Origin: Felis catus
Lineage: Eukaryota
Direction: 5' to 3'
Assembly (NCBI RefSeq): GCF_018350175.1
Contig: NC_058368.1
Coordinates: 195,674,001-195,738,000, forward strand
DNA length: 64,000 nucleotides
Part shown: piece by piece, positions 1-11,830 of the stretch
How positions within the stretch are numbered: the stretch's first letter is position 1
How the letters are laid out: every line of letters starts with the position of its first letter
Made by a program: the position numbers and the translations under genes
The notes under the pieces: generated by a model
What the model was told of the DNA's origin: nothing
The model's input: the letters and a program-made list of their open reading frames with translations, nothing else
The model's database searches: none

Positions 1-130
1 TTTCTTCCCTGAGGAGTTGTTCTGTCGTGTGTGGCAAATAATTTAGGGTCGTCTTAGAAACGAGGCAGGGTATTAGGGGCCTGATTTTCTTACCAGCTGC
101 GCAGCACCTTGTTTTTAGTTTGTGCTAGAC

Positions 131-259
131 TTTTCTTTTCTTTTTTTAATATATGAAATTTATTGTCACATTGGTTTCCGTACAACACCCAGTGCTCATG
201 CCAAAAGATGCCCTCCTCAATGCCCATCACCCACCCTCCCCTCCCTCCCACCCCCCATC
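131..259 (-). mobile_element. Short 5'-truncated carnivore/felid L1 3' end with target-site duplication
   Basis: Reverse of the L1 3' UTR (GGGTGATGGGCATTGAGGAGGGC...GAGCACTGGGTGTTGTA); T-tail; TSD TGTGCTAGAC at 121-130 and 260-269. Confidence 0.85.
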
Positions 260-712
260 TGTGCTAGACGTTTCTTAACCCACCTCCTCTGCGTAGGTGG
301 TCCTCTAGAGTTTGCTGTGAGACAGACATTGCTGAGGCAGCCAGCCTTGTGCTTACGCACTTGCACACTTGTGCAAGGGCATCTTTAGGTTTCATTTTCA
401 GAGAGAGATGCCAGGTGAAGGAAAACGAGAACGTGATGCCTGAGTACGTAGTCCCAGGTTGCACATGTGTTCCGTAATTATACCCCCAAATTATATAATG
501 CTCCTTTGCTGTTAGTCTTGCTTTCCTGGCAAGGATAAAACATGGCAGTTGATAAAAGTTCCTCCTTAGGGAACACTGAATTTCCAAGAAGAGAGGGTTT
601 GAGGCAGCGTCCGTGGCCACCGTCCTCCCTCACACACTGCTGGTCTGCATGGAGCTGTCCCTCTTTGTACCTTCGCTGCCTATCTCTTGCTAACCCCAGT
701 CTCTCCCCACAG

Positions 713-778
713 CTGCTCGAAGTGAACAAGCAGTGGGACCAGCATTTCCGGTCCATGAAGCAGCAGTACGAGCAGAAG
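713..778 (+). CDS. TNIP1: TNIP1 (ABIN-1) internal coding exon, LLEVNKQWDQHFRSMKQQYEQK; upstream exons lie outside the window
   Basis: Pyrimidine tract + AG at 711-712, GT at 779; 66 bp, phase 0/0; peptide recognised as TNIP1. Confidence 0.95.
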
Positions 779-942
779 GTACTGGGGGGTTATGGGAACC
801 CAGGGCTGTGAACCCCAGGCTCCTGGCTGTGCTGTCGGAGCATCCCCGGGCTTCTGCCTGCTGCTTCCTTCTCAGGAGCTTTGAACCTTGGAGGTTCACC
901 CCTTCCCTCACGCACTATCCCCCCTCTCGCCTTTGAACCCAG

Positions 943-1074
943 ATCACCGAGCTGCGCCAGAAGCTGGCGGACCTACAGAAGCAGGTGACTGACCTGGAGG
1001 CTGAGCGGGAGCAGAAGCAGCGTGACTTTGACCGGAAGCTCCTCCTGGCCAAGTCCAAGATTGAAATGGAGGAG
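943..1074 (+). CDS. TNIP1: TNIP1 coding exon, ITELRQKLADLQKQVTDLEAEREQKQRDFDRKLLLAKSKIEMEE (coiled coil); ends at a GC donor
   Basis: AG at 941-942; 132 bp; donor GAG|GCAAGT; joins in frame to TDKEQ of the next exon. Confidence 0.93.
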
Positions 1075-1337
1075 GCAAGTCGGCTGCCCGTCCCTGCGGC
1101 TCCAGCTTGGGAGGCCGCTCTCCCGCCTCATTAGCCGAGAATTCTGTGAAGTGAACGGGCGGGGCGGAAGGCTGGAGTTGGGAGACCTGGGGGCTCCGTC
1201 TCTGCCTCTAGTGCTCAGGGCTATGTGGCCACAGGCAGAAGCACTTTCCTCCCCTGTGCCCCCGTTTCCCATCTGAAAAGTGAAGAGATCGGATTAGCTG
1301 TTGCTTTCCATGTTTTCTTGCTTTCATGCAGAAGAGC

Positions 1338-1530
1338 TTTTTTTTTTTAATTTATTTTGAGAGCATGTGGGGAAGGGGCAGAGAGCGAGGGAGAGGGAGA
1401 GAGAGAATCCCAAGCAGGGTCTGCACTGCCAGCAAAGAGCCCAATACGGGGCTCGAACCCACGAACCATGAGGTCATGACCCAAGCCGAAGTCTGCCGCT
1501 TAGTGGACCGAGCCACCCAGGCACTCGCGC
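1338..1530 (-). mobile_element. Can-SINE (SINEC)
   Basis: tRNA-derived head, (GA)n region and T-tail; TSD GCAGAAGAGCTTTTT on both sides. Confidence 0.9.
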
Positions 1531-3089
1531 GCAGAAGAGCTTTTTGTTCACTTAAAATCTCACGGACCAGGGAACCGTACAGGGAAGCGCAATACAAGAG
1601 ACACAGAGGCTGCTCTGGAACACTTGACGGGGCTGGGCCGCTGCTGACTGTTTAGAGTAGTGATGGCTGTTTGGGGGTGGGGCAGCTAAAACATTAGGCA
1701 GGGGCTTCCTTTCTTCACGCATCGAGCGACTACTCAACAGTGTGTACCTGGCATTGTGCTGGGCACAGAGGCTCAGCGGCGAACAGCCCAGTCCTGCCCT
1801 TGGTGGGAAAGAAACACTAAACAGCTCATCACAGAAGCAAATAAGTAGAAGTGTGTTAAAGTACCACAGGAGGAGTTAGAAGGATCAGGGAGAGGGCGGA
1901 AAGGGAGACCAGGAGAAATAGTATCTGGCCTGTCAGTGTGCGACTGACAGCAGCCAAGGCACTCCAGGATCCCAGGACAGCTTAAAGAGGAAAGGCCATT
2001 TGACCCCCAGACTCTCAGAAGATAGTATCTGTATTACGGTGTCTTCCCGTTCGTGGGGACTGGGCGCACGCTGCTTTGCCTGGCCTAAGAATGGACGTTT
2101 TCAACACGAATTGCATTTCAGAGTTCCCTCCGTCAGCATGTGACACCCAGGGGCTTTATCTGAGGGGTCATCCTGCCTCAGTGACCACCCCTTGCCTTGA
2201 AGGTCTGTGTTAGGAAGGATGCTGCCCGTCTTTTCTCCAAGTGCAGTCACGTCAGTGACTGGCAGCCAGACCCCTGGCTCTTTGGTCCCTTCCCCTAGCT
2301 CCCATCAGGAGGCAAAATAAGTCCCTGGCATGGGACAGTCCCCCATTAGCAGGGGGGAGGTGGGGTGTCCTAAGACAAAGCATGGCCCTGTGATAAGGAC
2401 ACATGGTGATAGAGGCCATGCTAATCCTGGAGCCTCTTAGGTAGGAATCCAGAACACCTCCCCCGAGGTCTGCCCAAGGCTGCCCTCCCCAATTTCTGGC
2501 TGACCTCCCCTATTTGAAACACTTCCTTTGACTTGCGAAGGCAGAGGGAGCACTGGAATTAGGAGACCTGGGTTCTGGCCCCAGCTCGCTGTGTGTGGCC
2601 TTCGGTGAGTCCCCTCCCTTCTCTGGACATTCGTTTCCCATCACGTGAAAGGGCTAAGATTTGGTGCTCTCTAAAGGCCAATCCAGCTGTGGCCCTCTGC
2701 AGTGAAGGAGCCCTGCCTGTTCCATAGTGGGTGTGGGGCAGGGCTTCCACCTTGAAGCCTTCCCTGGTTTCTTCTCAGCTGTGATGCTCTTTCTTTTAAC
2801 CTCACAGTGTTTTGTTTCTCTGTGGAGGAACACTCTGCCTTTTATGCTGCATTTATTTCTTTAAGGGTCCTGTCTCCTCTAGGCTTAGAGACCATAAGAA
2901 CTAAAAGGTCCTTTAGAGATTCTCAGTGGTTTATCACTTTCTGTGTATCACAGAAGACCCCTGTGCGAATCTCGTGGACGCTATGGCTTTTCTCCCTAGA
3001 GAATTGCACAGACAAAATTCTGCAGCCCGTTTTGGGGCTCACAGACCTCCTGACGCCCATCTGTGACTCACGTTAAGAGCACCCCTCCC

Positions 3090-3233
3090 CAGCGTGCCTG
3101 GGTGGCTCAGTCAAGCCTCTGACTTCAGCTCAGGTCATTGTCTCACGGCTTGTGAGTTCAAGCCCCTCACCGGGCTCTTGGCTGTCAGTGCCGCTCACGT
3201 TTTCTCCCCCACTCTTTAAAATAAATAAACATT

Positions 3234-3235
<2 letters not shown>
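3090..3235 (+). mobile_element. Can-SINE, internally deleted
   Basis: GCCTGGGTGGCTCAGTC head, CAGCTCAGGTCAT body, AAATAAATAAAC tail. Confidence 0.85.
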
Positions 3236-3264
<29 letters not shown>

Positions 3265-3270
3265 GAGAAA

Positions 3271-3314
<44 letters not shown>

Positions 3315-3377
3315 GAAAGAAAAAGAAAGAAAGAAAGAAAGAAAGAGAAAGAAAGAAAGAGAAAGAAAGAAAGAAAG

Positions 3378-3428
<51 letters not shown>

Positions 3429-3449
3429 AAAGAAAGAAAAAAGAAAGGA

Positions 3450-3513
<64 letters not shown>

Positions 3514-3518
3514 AAAGA
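3233..3518 (+). repeat. Long compound (GA)n/(GAAA)n microsatellite grown from the SINE tail
   Basis: About 280 bp of almost pure G/A tandem units. Confidence 0.97.
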
Positions 3519-3822
3519 ACCCCCTACCCGTGGCAGATAAGTGAGCATAGACCAGAGAGTACTGTGACTGTGGCCAAGGTCTCAGCCCATTGGTAGAGGA
3601 GCTGGTGTCAGAACCCACCCGAACTGCCTTTTCCTTGAGGACAGGACCTTATGGCATCACGGCTCTGATGCCTTGCATGGTGCCTTCACACGAGCGAGCG
3701 TTGCGGGGGCTGCTGGGGGAGCGGCAGCGAGGAGGCATGGCTGAGTGAGGGTGGGGCAGGAAGCGCAGCGGGTCAGGCCTCCCAGAGGGGTTCCCTGCTC
3801 ACCAACCCTGTGTTCCCTGCAG

Positions 3823-3951
3823 ACCGACAAGGAGCAGCTGACAGCGGAGGCCAAGGAGCTGCGCCAGAAGGTCAAGTACCTGCAGGATCAGCTGAGCCCA
3901 CTCACCCGGCAGCGGGAGTACCAGGAAAAGGAGATCCAGCGGCTCAACAAG
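3823..3951 (+). CDS. TNIP1: TNIP1 coding exon, TDKEQLTAEAKELRQKVKYLQDQLSPLTRQREYQEKEIQRLNK
   Basis: CAG acceptor ending at 3822, GT at 3952; 129 bp in frame. Confidence 0.95.
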
Positions 3952-5225
3952 GTGGGTGCCTGGAGCAGGCAGGGCTTCCTGAGCCCAGCTGCAAACATCC
4001 CCTCCACCGCCGGTACCCCGACCCTCAAGTCAGGAGGGGTGACTTGTGGATCGGTGAGCCATTGCTGAGGGCCTCCGTGCAGCCTCGCGGCTCCCGCTGT
4101 CTCTGCCTTTCCCTCCCCACGTGCCGAGTGGCCAGCCTGAGATGTGCATGTGCCCGCTCCAACCTCAAGGCCTTTGGACGAGCCCTTTCCTCACAGGGCC
4201 CCATCCCGCTCAACGCCCATCGTTCAGTCTCAGTTTTAACACCACTTCCTCTGCAAGGCCTCCCTGGAGTCTCATTCAGGTCCTCCTGTTGTATGCTCCT
4301 AAAGCACCAGAACCCTCTTTCATTCTCCTTCTTGCATCTTCTTGTGATTTCCTGTTTAATGATCTGTCTCCCGGTGGGGGGAGGTGCTCGCCTTCACCAG
4401 TGTATGTGCCCCCAGCGCCTGGCACCGTGCCTGGCACCAAGTGCAAGGTCAGGACACAGCTGCTCAAAGGAGTAGCTGAGCACGGCCCGAGGGTTCCTGC
4501 CCTCGAGAATTGGGACCCAGAGAGATGGGGTGCCTGGGCAGAGGCTGGGTTTTAAAGCCGAGGCCTGCTGCTTTGGGCCAAGGTGAGTGGGCAGGGAACA
4601 GGCTGGGTCTGGGGGCTGATTCTGATCCCAGCTTAGCCACTTCAGCCTCTCTGAGTCTCAGTTTTGCCATCTGAACCCTGGCTGGACTCCTTCCAGCCCC
4701 ACCCACCTTCCAGCACAGGTGCACTGACAAGAGGAAGCTTTGAAGGCCTCCTCTTCCAAGGAGACGAGTTCCCCGAAGGCCTGGAGGAATTGTCTCTGGT
4801 TCATCTTTTCCTCCTTGCCTGGCTGTCCTCCTTTCCCTCCTGCCACCTGACCTTGTTCACACAGGCTCGGCATGAGTTTGGCATTCGCTGGGTTAGGGTA
4901 ACCCTTTCTATTTGGTTTTGGAATTTGATAAGCATTGATTATGTCAAGTCTGGAGAACCTTGGGACCTGTTCTCAGTGGAAAGAATGACCTGTCCTGAGC
5001 TGGGGGATTTGGGGGTCTACATTCGGGCACAGTGTTGTACAGAGTGGCAGATCACAGAGATGACTCAGGCAGGATCACTGCTTTCCAAGTTTCCCTGGCA
5101 TCGGGACAGAGACCTAGGTGTGGGTGACTGATGCAAGGCAAGTGACGTGCTTTGCTTGTGACCTCAGGCAAGTCTCTCCCTGTCCCTGGACCTCAGTCTT
5201 CTCATCTAAAATATAGGCAGATGGA

Positions 5226-5472
5226 GGGGCGCCTGGGTGGCTCAGTCCATTAAGTGCCCAACTTCAGCTCAGGTCATGATCTCACGGCCTGTGAGTTTGA
5301 GCCCCACATCAGGCTCTGTGCTGACAGCTCAGAGCCTGGAGCCTGCTTCCGATTCTGTGTCTCCCTCTCTCTCTGCCCCTCCCCTGCTCATTCTCTCTCC
5401 CCGCTCCCTCTCCCTCCCTTTCTCTTCCTCTCTCTTTCAAAAATAAACATTGAAAAATTAAGTAAATAAATA
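5226..5472 (+). mobile_element. Full-length Can-SINE inserted in a MIR-like sequence
   Basis: GGGGCGCCTGGGTGGCTCAG head; TSD TAAAATATAGGCAGATGGAG. Confidence 0.92.
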
Positions 5473-6487
5473 AAATATAGGCAGATGGAGTAAGTAGGAG
5501 GATAAAGTAGAGCCATAACTTCCCCTTGCAGCGTCCTGGGCTTACTCTGGCTCAGCGGTTTCCTCGGGTTTCTGGGAGAGACAAGGAGACTGCGTGGGGG
5601 CCCAAGTCCAAGTTGGAGAAGGTCTTCTTTATCTCCCCACTGTCTAGGGAGGCACTGTGGGCACTGCTAATGCATGGCGAGCGGAAGCCCTGATGTCCCA
5701 GGGGCTAAAGTGCAGGTGGTGAGGAGGGTGGTCGGTGTTGAGCAGGGGTCCAGAGTTCTCAAGTAACATGTTAACCAAGCTGAAGGAGAAAATCAGTTAA
5801 TAGAGACCTTTTTAAGAAGGTGGGAGCACACTGTTTACAAAAAGGAAAGTATTTTGTGAGCGTGGTAGAATAAGGGTGCTTTTTTTTTTTTTCAATTTTC
5901 AAAATCTTCTTTGGTGATGTTTCAGCCCATTTTCAGGCTTAGAAAAGCAAAATATTAAATAAGTCAAAATTAAAATCCAGTCTAACCGCAGAAGAGTTGG
6001 GGACAGAAAGTTTGGTGTGGTAGCCAGGGATTTGGGAAGCTAAAAAATCTGAGGGCAGGGCAGTTGTTGCGGACACGGAAGCTTCCCCGAAGAACTGAAT
6101 ATTCTGTCTAGGTCTGGGTGCTAGGAATTGAGCTGCACCTGCCCAGGGAAGGACAGAACCTCCCTTCTACATGAGGACCCCCGTTTAGCGTGCTTAAAAG
6201 CTGTGTGACTTTGGACAGATCCCTTCATGTTTCTGAACCTCAGTTTTCACATCTGTCCAATGGGAGTGATGATCATAGTCTTTTTTTCATAGGACTGTGG
6301 AGAGGATCCAGTGAAATGATGTGTGTATCGTGTGAATGAATAGGGTAGCATTTACTAAATGGTACTGGAGGTGGTCATTATTGTTGTCACTCTTATCAGG
6401 AAGGGGGTCACTAAGGTGACCTGTCCGACGGGGCCTGACTGCCAGGGCTCCTGCTGATGGGTCCATCTCCTCTCTTCCCGATCCCAG

Positions 6488-6619
6488 GCCCTGGAGGAAG
6501 CACTGAGCATCCAGGCCTCCCCCTCCTCTCCACCAGCTGCGTTTGGGGGCCCAGAAGGAGCTGGTGGCCTCCTAAGGAAACAGGAGCTGGTCACGCAGAA
6601 CGAATTGCTGAAACAGCAG
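6488..6619 (+). CDS. TNIP1: TNIP1 coding exon, ALEEALSIQASPSSPPAAFGGPEGAGGLLRKQELVTQNELLKQQ
   Basis: CAG acceptor ending at 6487, GTGAG donor at 6620; 132 bp in frame. Confidence 0.95.
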
Positions 6620-7714
6620 GTGAGCCCAAGAGGTGGAGGTCAGGTAGGAGGTGCTGAGTGGGGGGCTGGAGCATTCCTGAGGACCCAGGAGGGGCTTGAA
6701 ATCCTGTGGAAGCTGTAATTAGTAGTCCACATTCTGGCTGTTGGCCAGGACCCCTGTCTGGTTCTTGGTTTATCCTTTCCAGCACTGTATCCCTAAGTCA
6801 TTCCTCTGCCCCGTTTTTGATTTAACCATCTCTGTACCCCAGCTGTGCTATTATTTACCTAGCATTTTAAAAATAAATTTTAAATATGTCACTTTCAGTA
6901 AACTTATTTGGAAAGGAACTTTGTAACAATACTACAAATGGAAAATACTTTATTATTTGCCACCGGTAGAAAGTAGCTGTAAGCAATAAATGCAGTAAAA
7001 GCCAAGCAGTGTTATTAAACTCCAGCTGGATACCCTTGCCTGATGAAGACTCTGAACTTGAGTCCTCTTCGAGGGAAGGGAAGGGAAATTAGTAAGTACT
7101 AGAAAGGTGTTGAAGACATGCTAGCATAAACACAGACTTTCTCCCTGCGGGGCACAGAAGGACTGAAAGGAAATTGGAAAGGCTGGAGCTCTCCCACGTG
7201 TTTCTATTGGATGCCATGATTTGGAGGTTTCTAAACCATCTCTAACCCGGACGTCGTCTCACTGGTCTGCAGTGGGATGTGAAACTGCAGACGCAGAGGC
7301 AGGGAACCACCCCAGCCCCTTCTGTGCCAGGGCACCCCCAAAGCCTTGGGAGAGCCCTGAGGGTCCTCTGCTCTCGGAGCCGGGAGACAAAGTCCGGTCT
7401 TGCACCCACGCTCTGGGCCTGTGGCCGTGCCTTAGCAGGATTGGACTGGTTGGGGGCTTGTGACCCCCCCCTCCTTTTTTTTTAGGCCACGGGCACCTGT
7501 TTAAATAAAGCCTGTGTTGAAGCCCGGAATATGAAATAGAGGGACCCAGAGTTTCTCTGATTGACGTGAGGGCTGGGAAGCCCGAGGTGCACTCGTTCCC
7601 CTCCTCACAGCTACTGTGAGATGGGGTGAAAGCAGCAGGGGGCCAGAGCAGACTGAGCCCCTCCTCCTCACTCTCGCCCCCCCACTCCACCCCCTCCCCT
7701 CTATTCCCCTGCAG

Positions 7715-7840
7715 GTGAAGATCTTCGAGGAAGACTTCCAGAGGGAGCGCAGTGATCGAGAACGCATGAATGAGGAGAAGGAAGAGCTGAAGAAGCAGGT
7801 GGAGAAACTACAGGCCCAGGTCACCCTGTCCAATGCCCAG
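7715..7840 (+). CDS. TNIP1: TNIP1 UBAN (ubiquitin-binding, AHD2) exon, VKIFEEDFQRERSDRERMNEEKEELKKQVEKLQAQVTLSNAQ
   Basis: DFxxER UBAN motif shared by NEMO/optineurin/ABINs; AG at 7713-7714, GT at 7841; 126 bp. Confidence 0.97.
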
Positions 7841-8339
7841 GTGGGAACGGCTGGACGGAGGGAGGGGCAGCTGGCCTGTCCTCGGGGGGCAGGGAGGGGC
7901 GTGTGGAGGGTCCCTGGTGACACTGGAGGTCGGGACACTCACTGGTTCTTCTCCCAGCTCTGCCACCCAGTTTCTGTGTACCTCAGCAAGTCCCTTCCCC
8001 TCCCTGACCTCTAACTCTGGCCTCCACAGTCGGAGCCACCTACTCTGTCACAGAACAGAAGTGAAGGACACTGACAGGGAAGCAGAGCAACAGGAGGCCC
8101 TTGGGGGCTCTCCTGACCTGTGTTCAGACCCACGGAGGGCGGGCCTCACTGCAGCCACCAGCCTGGGCTCTGCTCTGCCCCACGGGGGCCTTCCCCTCCC
8201 CCCTTCCCCCCCCCCCCCAGACACTGCCCTGGGGCCGAGCCAGGCGGGTAGCCGAGAGTGGTGGCTGTGTAGGCCCCGGGTCCCGGCCTGGCCAGGAAGT
8301 GCCTGTGCCAAGTCTTCTCTCCCTCCCTCCTTCTCTCAG

Positions 8340-8405
8340 CTCAAAGCATTCAAAGATGAGGAGAAGACAAAAGAAGCCCTCAAACAGCAGAAGAGGAAGG
8401 CAAAG
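8340..8405 (+). CDS. TNIP1: TNIP1 coding exon, LKAFKDEEKTKEALKQQKRKAK
   Basis: Long pyrimidine tract + CAG, GTGAG donor at 8406; 66 bp. Confidence 0.94.
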
Positions 8406-8744
8406 GTGAGGAGGCTTGAGGGAGGAAGCTGGACTTACCTCATCCTACCTTCTTCAGGGACCTACAGTCTGAGGGGAGAGGCAGTGTTTGCTCAGGGGTC
8501 CAACTAATTAATGAGGTAATGCAGGTAGAACACTAGGAACAGCACTTGGTACAGAGTGAGTGCTCGGGACACGTTAGATGTCATCATTGTTGTTATTCTG
8601 TGCCCATGTACCAGCCATCAGTGCCCATCTACCAGCCTTCAGCAAACTAAGATTCTGAATAGGGAAAGGGAGGAGACGGGTATCGCTGGGGGTGGCCTGT
8701 GCAGCCTGTCATGGGCTAGAGTCAGACAGCAGCATTTCTTGCAG

Positions 8745-8936
8745 GCCTCAGCGGACCGTTACCACATGGAGCCCCACCCAGAACACCTCTGCGGGGCCTA
8801 TCCGTACGCCTACGCACCCATGCCAGCCATGGTCCCACACCACGGCTTTGAGGACTGGTCCCAGATCCGCTACCCCCCGCCCCCCATGGCCATGGAGCAC
8901 CCGCCCCCACTCCCCAACTCACGCCTCTTCCATCTG
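8745..8936 (+). CDS. TNIP1: TNIP1 coding exon, ASADRYHMEPHPEHLCGAYPYAYAPMPAMVPHHGFEDWSQIRYPPPPMAMEHPPPLPNSRLFHL
   Basis: CAG acceptor ending at 8744, GTGAGT donor at 8937; 192 bp; Pro/Tyr-rich C-terminal region of TNIP1. Confidence 0.95.
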
Positions 8937-9609
8937 GTGAGTCTGTGCCCCTCCTTTGCTCCAGGATACACACACAGGCCTCCCCACACACTTTCCAGAG
9001 GGCAGGATCAAGTGAGGGGGTCTGAAAGTGCATGCTGGGTTGGCTTTTTGCCGAACAGCACTGTGGTGTACAGGCAGATGTCCAAGCCTGGCAGGACTCT
9101 CCAGCCCAAAGCTGCTCAAAGTCACCGTTTTGAACAGAAAAGGCTCAGAGGTCAGGACAGGAAGGAGGGCTCCCTCCAACCAAGCAGGCCAGGGTTTGAG
9201 TTTGGCTTTTTCTTAGAACTTCTGCATGTAACCAGGTACCGGGTCGTCACCACACATTCTCTCCTTTGCTTTTCCTTCTCTTTTCTCCTTTTCAGTTTCC
9301 CTTCCCTTCCTCCCCGCTCCCTCCCCGCTCCCTCCCCGCCCTTCTTTATTTCCTTTTCCTTGCTTATCATTCTTTTTCCAAAGAGCTGCTGTCCCCTATC
9401 CCATCCTCTGCATCCTTCTGCCACAGTCCTGCTCAGGCCTCCCTGCTCCCACCTGGACGATGACATTGCCTCCTGCCTGGCATTTCTTCCAGCTTCTCCT
9501 GCTAGGCCCTGTCCTTACCCAGCTTCTCGAAACACTGGAGTAGAGTGTGGGACTTAAGAGATTGGCTCTGGGCTTATATAGAGACCTAAATCCCAAGCTT
9601 GGCCACTTT

Positions 9610-9778
9610 GTTTTCTTTTTTTTTTTTTTTTAAGTTTATTTATTTTTATTTTAAGAGAGAGAGCAGGGGTGGGGTGGGGAGGGGCAGAGAGAGGCACTGG
9701 GCTGGATCTCACGCCCGGGGGATCATGGCCTGAAATCAGGAGTCAGACGCTTAACCAGCCGAGCCAGTCAGGTGCCCC
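9610..9778 (-). mobile_element. Can-SINE
   Basis: T-tail, GA-rich region, head ending CAGGTGCCCC; TSD TTGGCCACTTT. Confidence 0.85.
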
Positions 9779-9994
9779 TTGGCCACTTTCGTAGCTGGAT
9801 GACCTTCGACAAGTTTCTTTAACCCCTCTGAGCCTCAGGTTTACCTTACCTGTAAAATGGATGTGGCAACCTGGGTTGTTGTTAAGGATTCAGTTGCACT
9901 AGATTAATGTGTATTTAGCGCCATGCTGGCATGGTAGCTGCTACTGTAATTTCTGAGCGTGGTCACCGATTACTAAGCACCGGTCCTGTTGTAG

Positions 9995-10085
9995 CCAGAA
10001 TACACCTGGCGGCCGCCCTGTGCAGGGATGCGCAATCAGAGCTCCCAAGTGATGGACTCGCCCACAGCCAGGCCTGCGGAACCAG
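9995..10085 (+). CDS. TNIP1: TNIP1 penultimate coding exon, PEYTWRPPCAGMRNQSSQVMDSPTARPAEP + 1 nt
   Basis: TAG acceptor ending at 9994, GTGAGT donor at 10086; 91 bp, phase 0/1. Confidence 0.92.
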
Positions 10086-10829
10086 GTGAGTGGGAGCTAG
10101 TACTGGGTCTCATCGTCCCCTCGGGGAGATAACTTCTCACATGGCAGGTGTGCCCCAGTTTGGGGCCAATCTCACCACCTTCTGATCTTGGTGGAAGAGA
10201 GGCCTCACTTTGCAAAACAGTGTTGCGAGAATGGGAGGTGACTGCAGGCTGAGGGGACTGAAGTCATTCATCTGAGTGTGGTGTCTAATCGCCAGGTGCT
10301 GTGCTGGGTGCTGAGTGCTGAGTGAGGAGAAACAGATATGGTCTCTGCCCCTATGGAGCTCACTGTCTAGGGAGGGAGGCAGAAAGGAATAAAATGCACG
10401 CCCCCCCCCCAAAAAAAAATCACACAAATGGGCCTTCAGTTGCACTCAGGTGCCCTGAAGGAAGAAGGGTAGATACCGGGGGAGCCTGACCTGGCCCGGG
10501 GACAGTGATGTTTGAGTCGAGACTCTCAGAATGCATGGCGTTAACTCGGTGAAGAGAACGTTCTTGCAGAGAAATGACACATACATAGGCCTTGGTGGGA
10601 GGGAGGGAGGGAGGAAGGAAGCAGACTGGAGGACCAAGAGAAGACTGCAGGAGCCAAGAACAAGGTGGAGAAGGAGCGACGGGCGAGGCGAGGTGAGGTC
10701 AGGGAGGGAGGGGAGTCCAGGCCGTGCAGGGGCTTGCAGACCATGGCAGGGGGCTGGTCTTTATTCTAAAGATGATGTGGATTCCTTGGACATGTTTAAA
10801 GCACAGTGTCATGACAGATTCGATTTGCA

Positions 10830-11021
10830 TTTTGTTTTGTTTTTAATTTATGTTAGAGAGCGAGAGGGGGAGAGGGGCAGAGGGAGAGAGAGAGAATCTC
10901 AAGAAGGCTCCGTGCTCAGTGTGAAGCCTGACGCAGGGCTTGATCCCTTGACTCTGGGATCGGGGCCCAAGCCAAAATGAAGAGTTGGACGCTCAACCGA
11001 CTGAGCCACCCAGGCGCCCCC
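10830..11021 (-). mobile_element. Can-SINE
   Basis: Head ending GAGCCACCCAGGCGCCCC; TSD TTGCATTTTG. Confidence 0.88.
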
Positions 11022-11795
11022 AGAGTTGCATTTTGAAAAGCTCCGTCAGGTCACGGTGTTGGCCGTAAACAGTTGGGGGCTGGCGGCTTGTTCACTAGTC
11101 ACAGGAGGACTACAGGCCCTTAGTGACAGCCTTTGCTTCCTGCAAGGCTGCGTGGGGCAGAAGGTACCATCTTGCCTGTGGGGGCAAGCGTCAGGGAAGC
11201 TGAGTCCTTCCCAGCACAAAGAGGTGTTTTCTAAGGGTTGTGGCCGTGCAGCAATAGAGCCAGCTGTGCCAGGAGATAGAGTGCCCCTCGCAGAAGGTGC
11301 CCCTCACAGAGGCTGCAGGGGGACGTGGAGGCAGCGTGGTTTGGAAGACGTAGTGGGTGGCAGGAGGCATTGCGCCGGTCCGCCGTTTTCTCATGGTTCC
11401 CCACAGAGCCCTAGAGGTTGTGTGGAGCCCGTCAGAGGCTGCTGTGACGAGGGGCAAGTGGGCAGGGCTGTCTCCTCCCCCAGAACTTCTCTAACTCTGG
11501 GATGTGGAGCCAGACTGGCTAAGCTCAAACACTTCCTAGATCTGGAACTTCAGGCAAATTTTTAAAAATCTGTGTGCCTATTCCCTCCTCCGTAAAGGGT
11601 CAATAATCTGCCTGCTTCATAGGGCTGGACAAGGATTGAGTGACAAATGTACCTAAAGTACTAGCCCGGGGCCTGGCACTCGGCAACACTTAACTCTAGG
11701 TGTTACGTTCATCATTACTTGCTGGTTTCTGTAGGCCTTTGGAACCTACTGTATCGTATCATCTTTTAAAGTCCTCAACATTTTTCTTTATTTAG

Positions 11796-11830
11796 AGTCT
11801 ACGAAAAATGACCGTGAGGGGCCTCAGTGA
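11796..11830 (+). CDS. TNIP1: TNIP1 last coding exon, (E)STKNDREGPQ*
   Basis: T-rich tract + TAG ending at 11795; TGA stop at 11828-11830; matches the TNIP1 C-terminus. Confidence 0.93.

Noticed and set aside
3216..3618. Phe/Leu/Ser-rich ORFs
   Set aside because: Translation of the (GAAA)n microsatellite
5226..5310. tRNA-like A/B-box sequences
   Set aside because: They are heads of tRNA-derived Can-SINEs, not tRNA genes
8556..9557. 333-aa ORF
   Set aside because: Only 8745-8936 is coding (a TNIP1 exon); the rest is in-frame intron with low-complexity sequence
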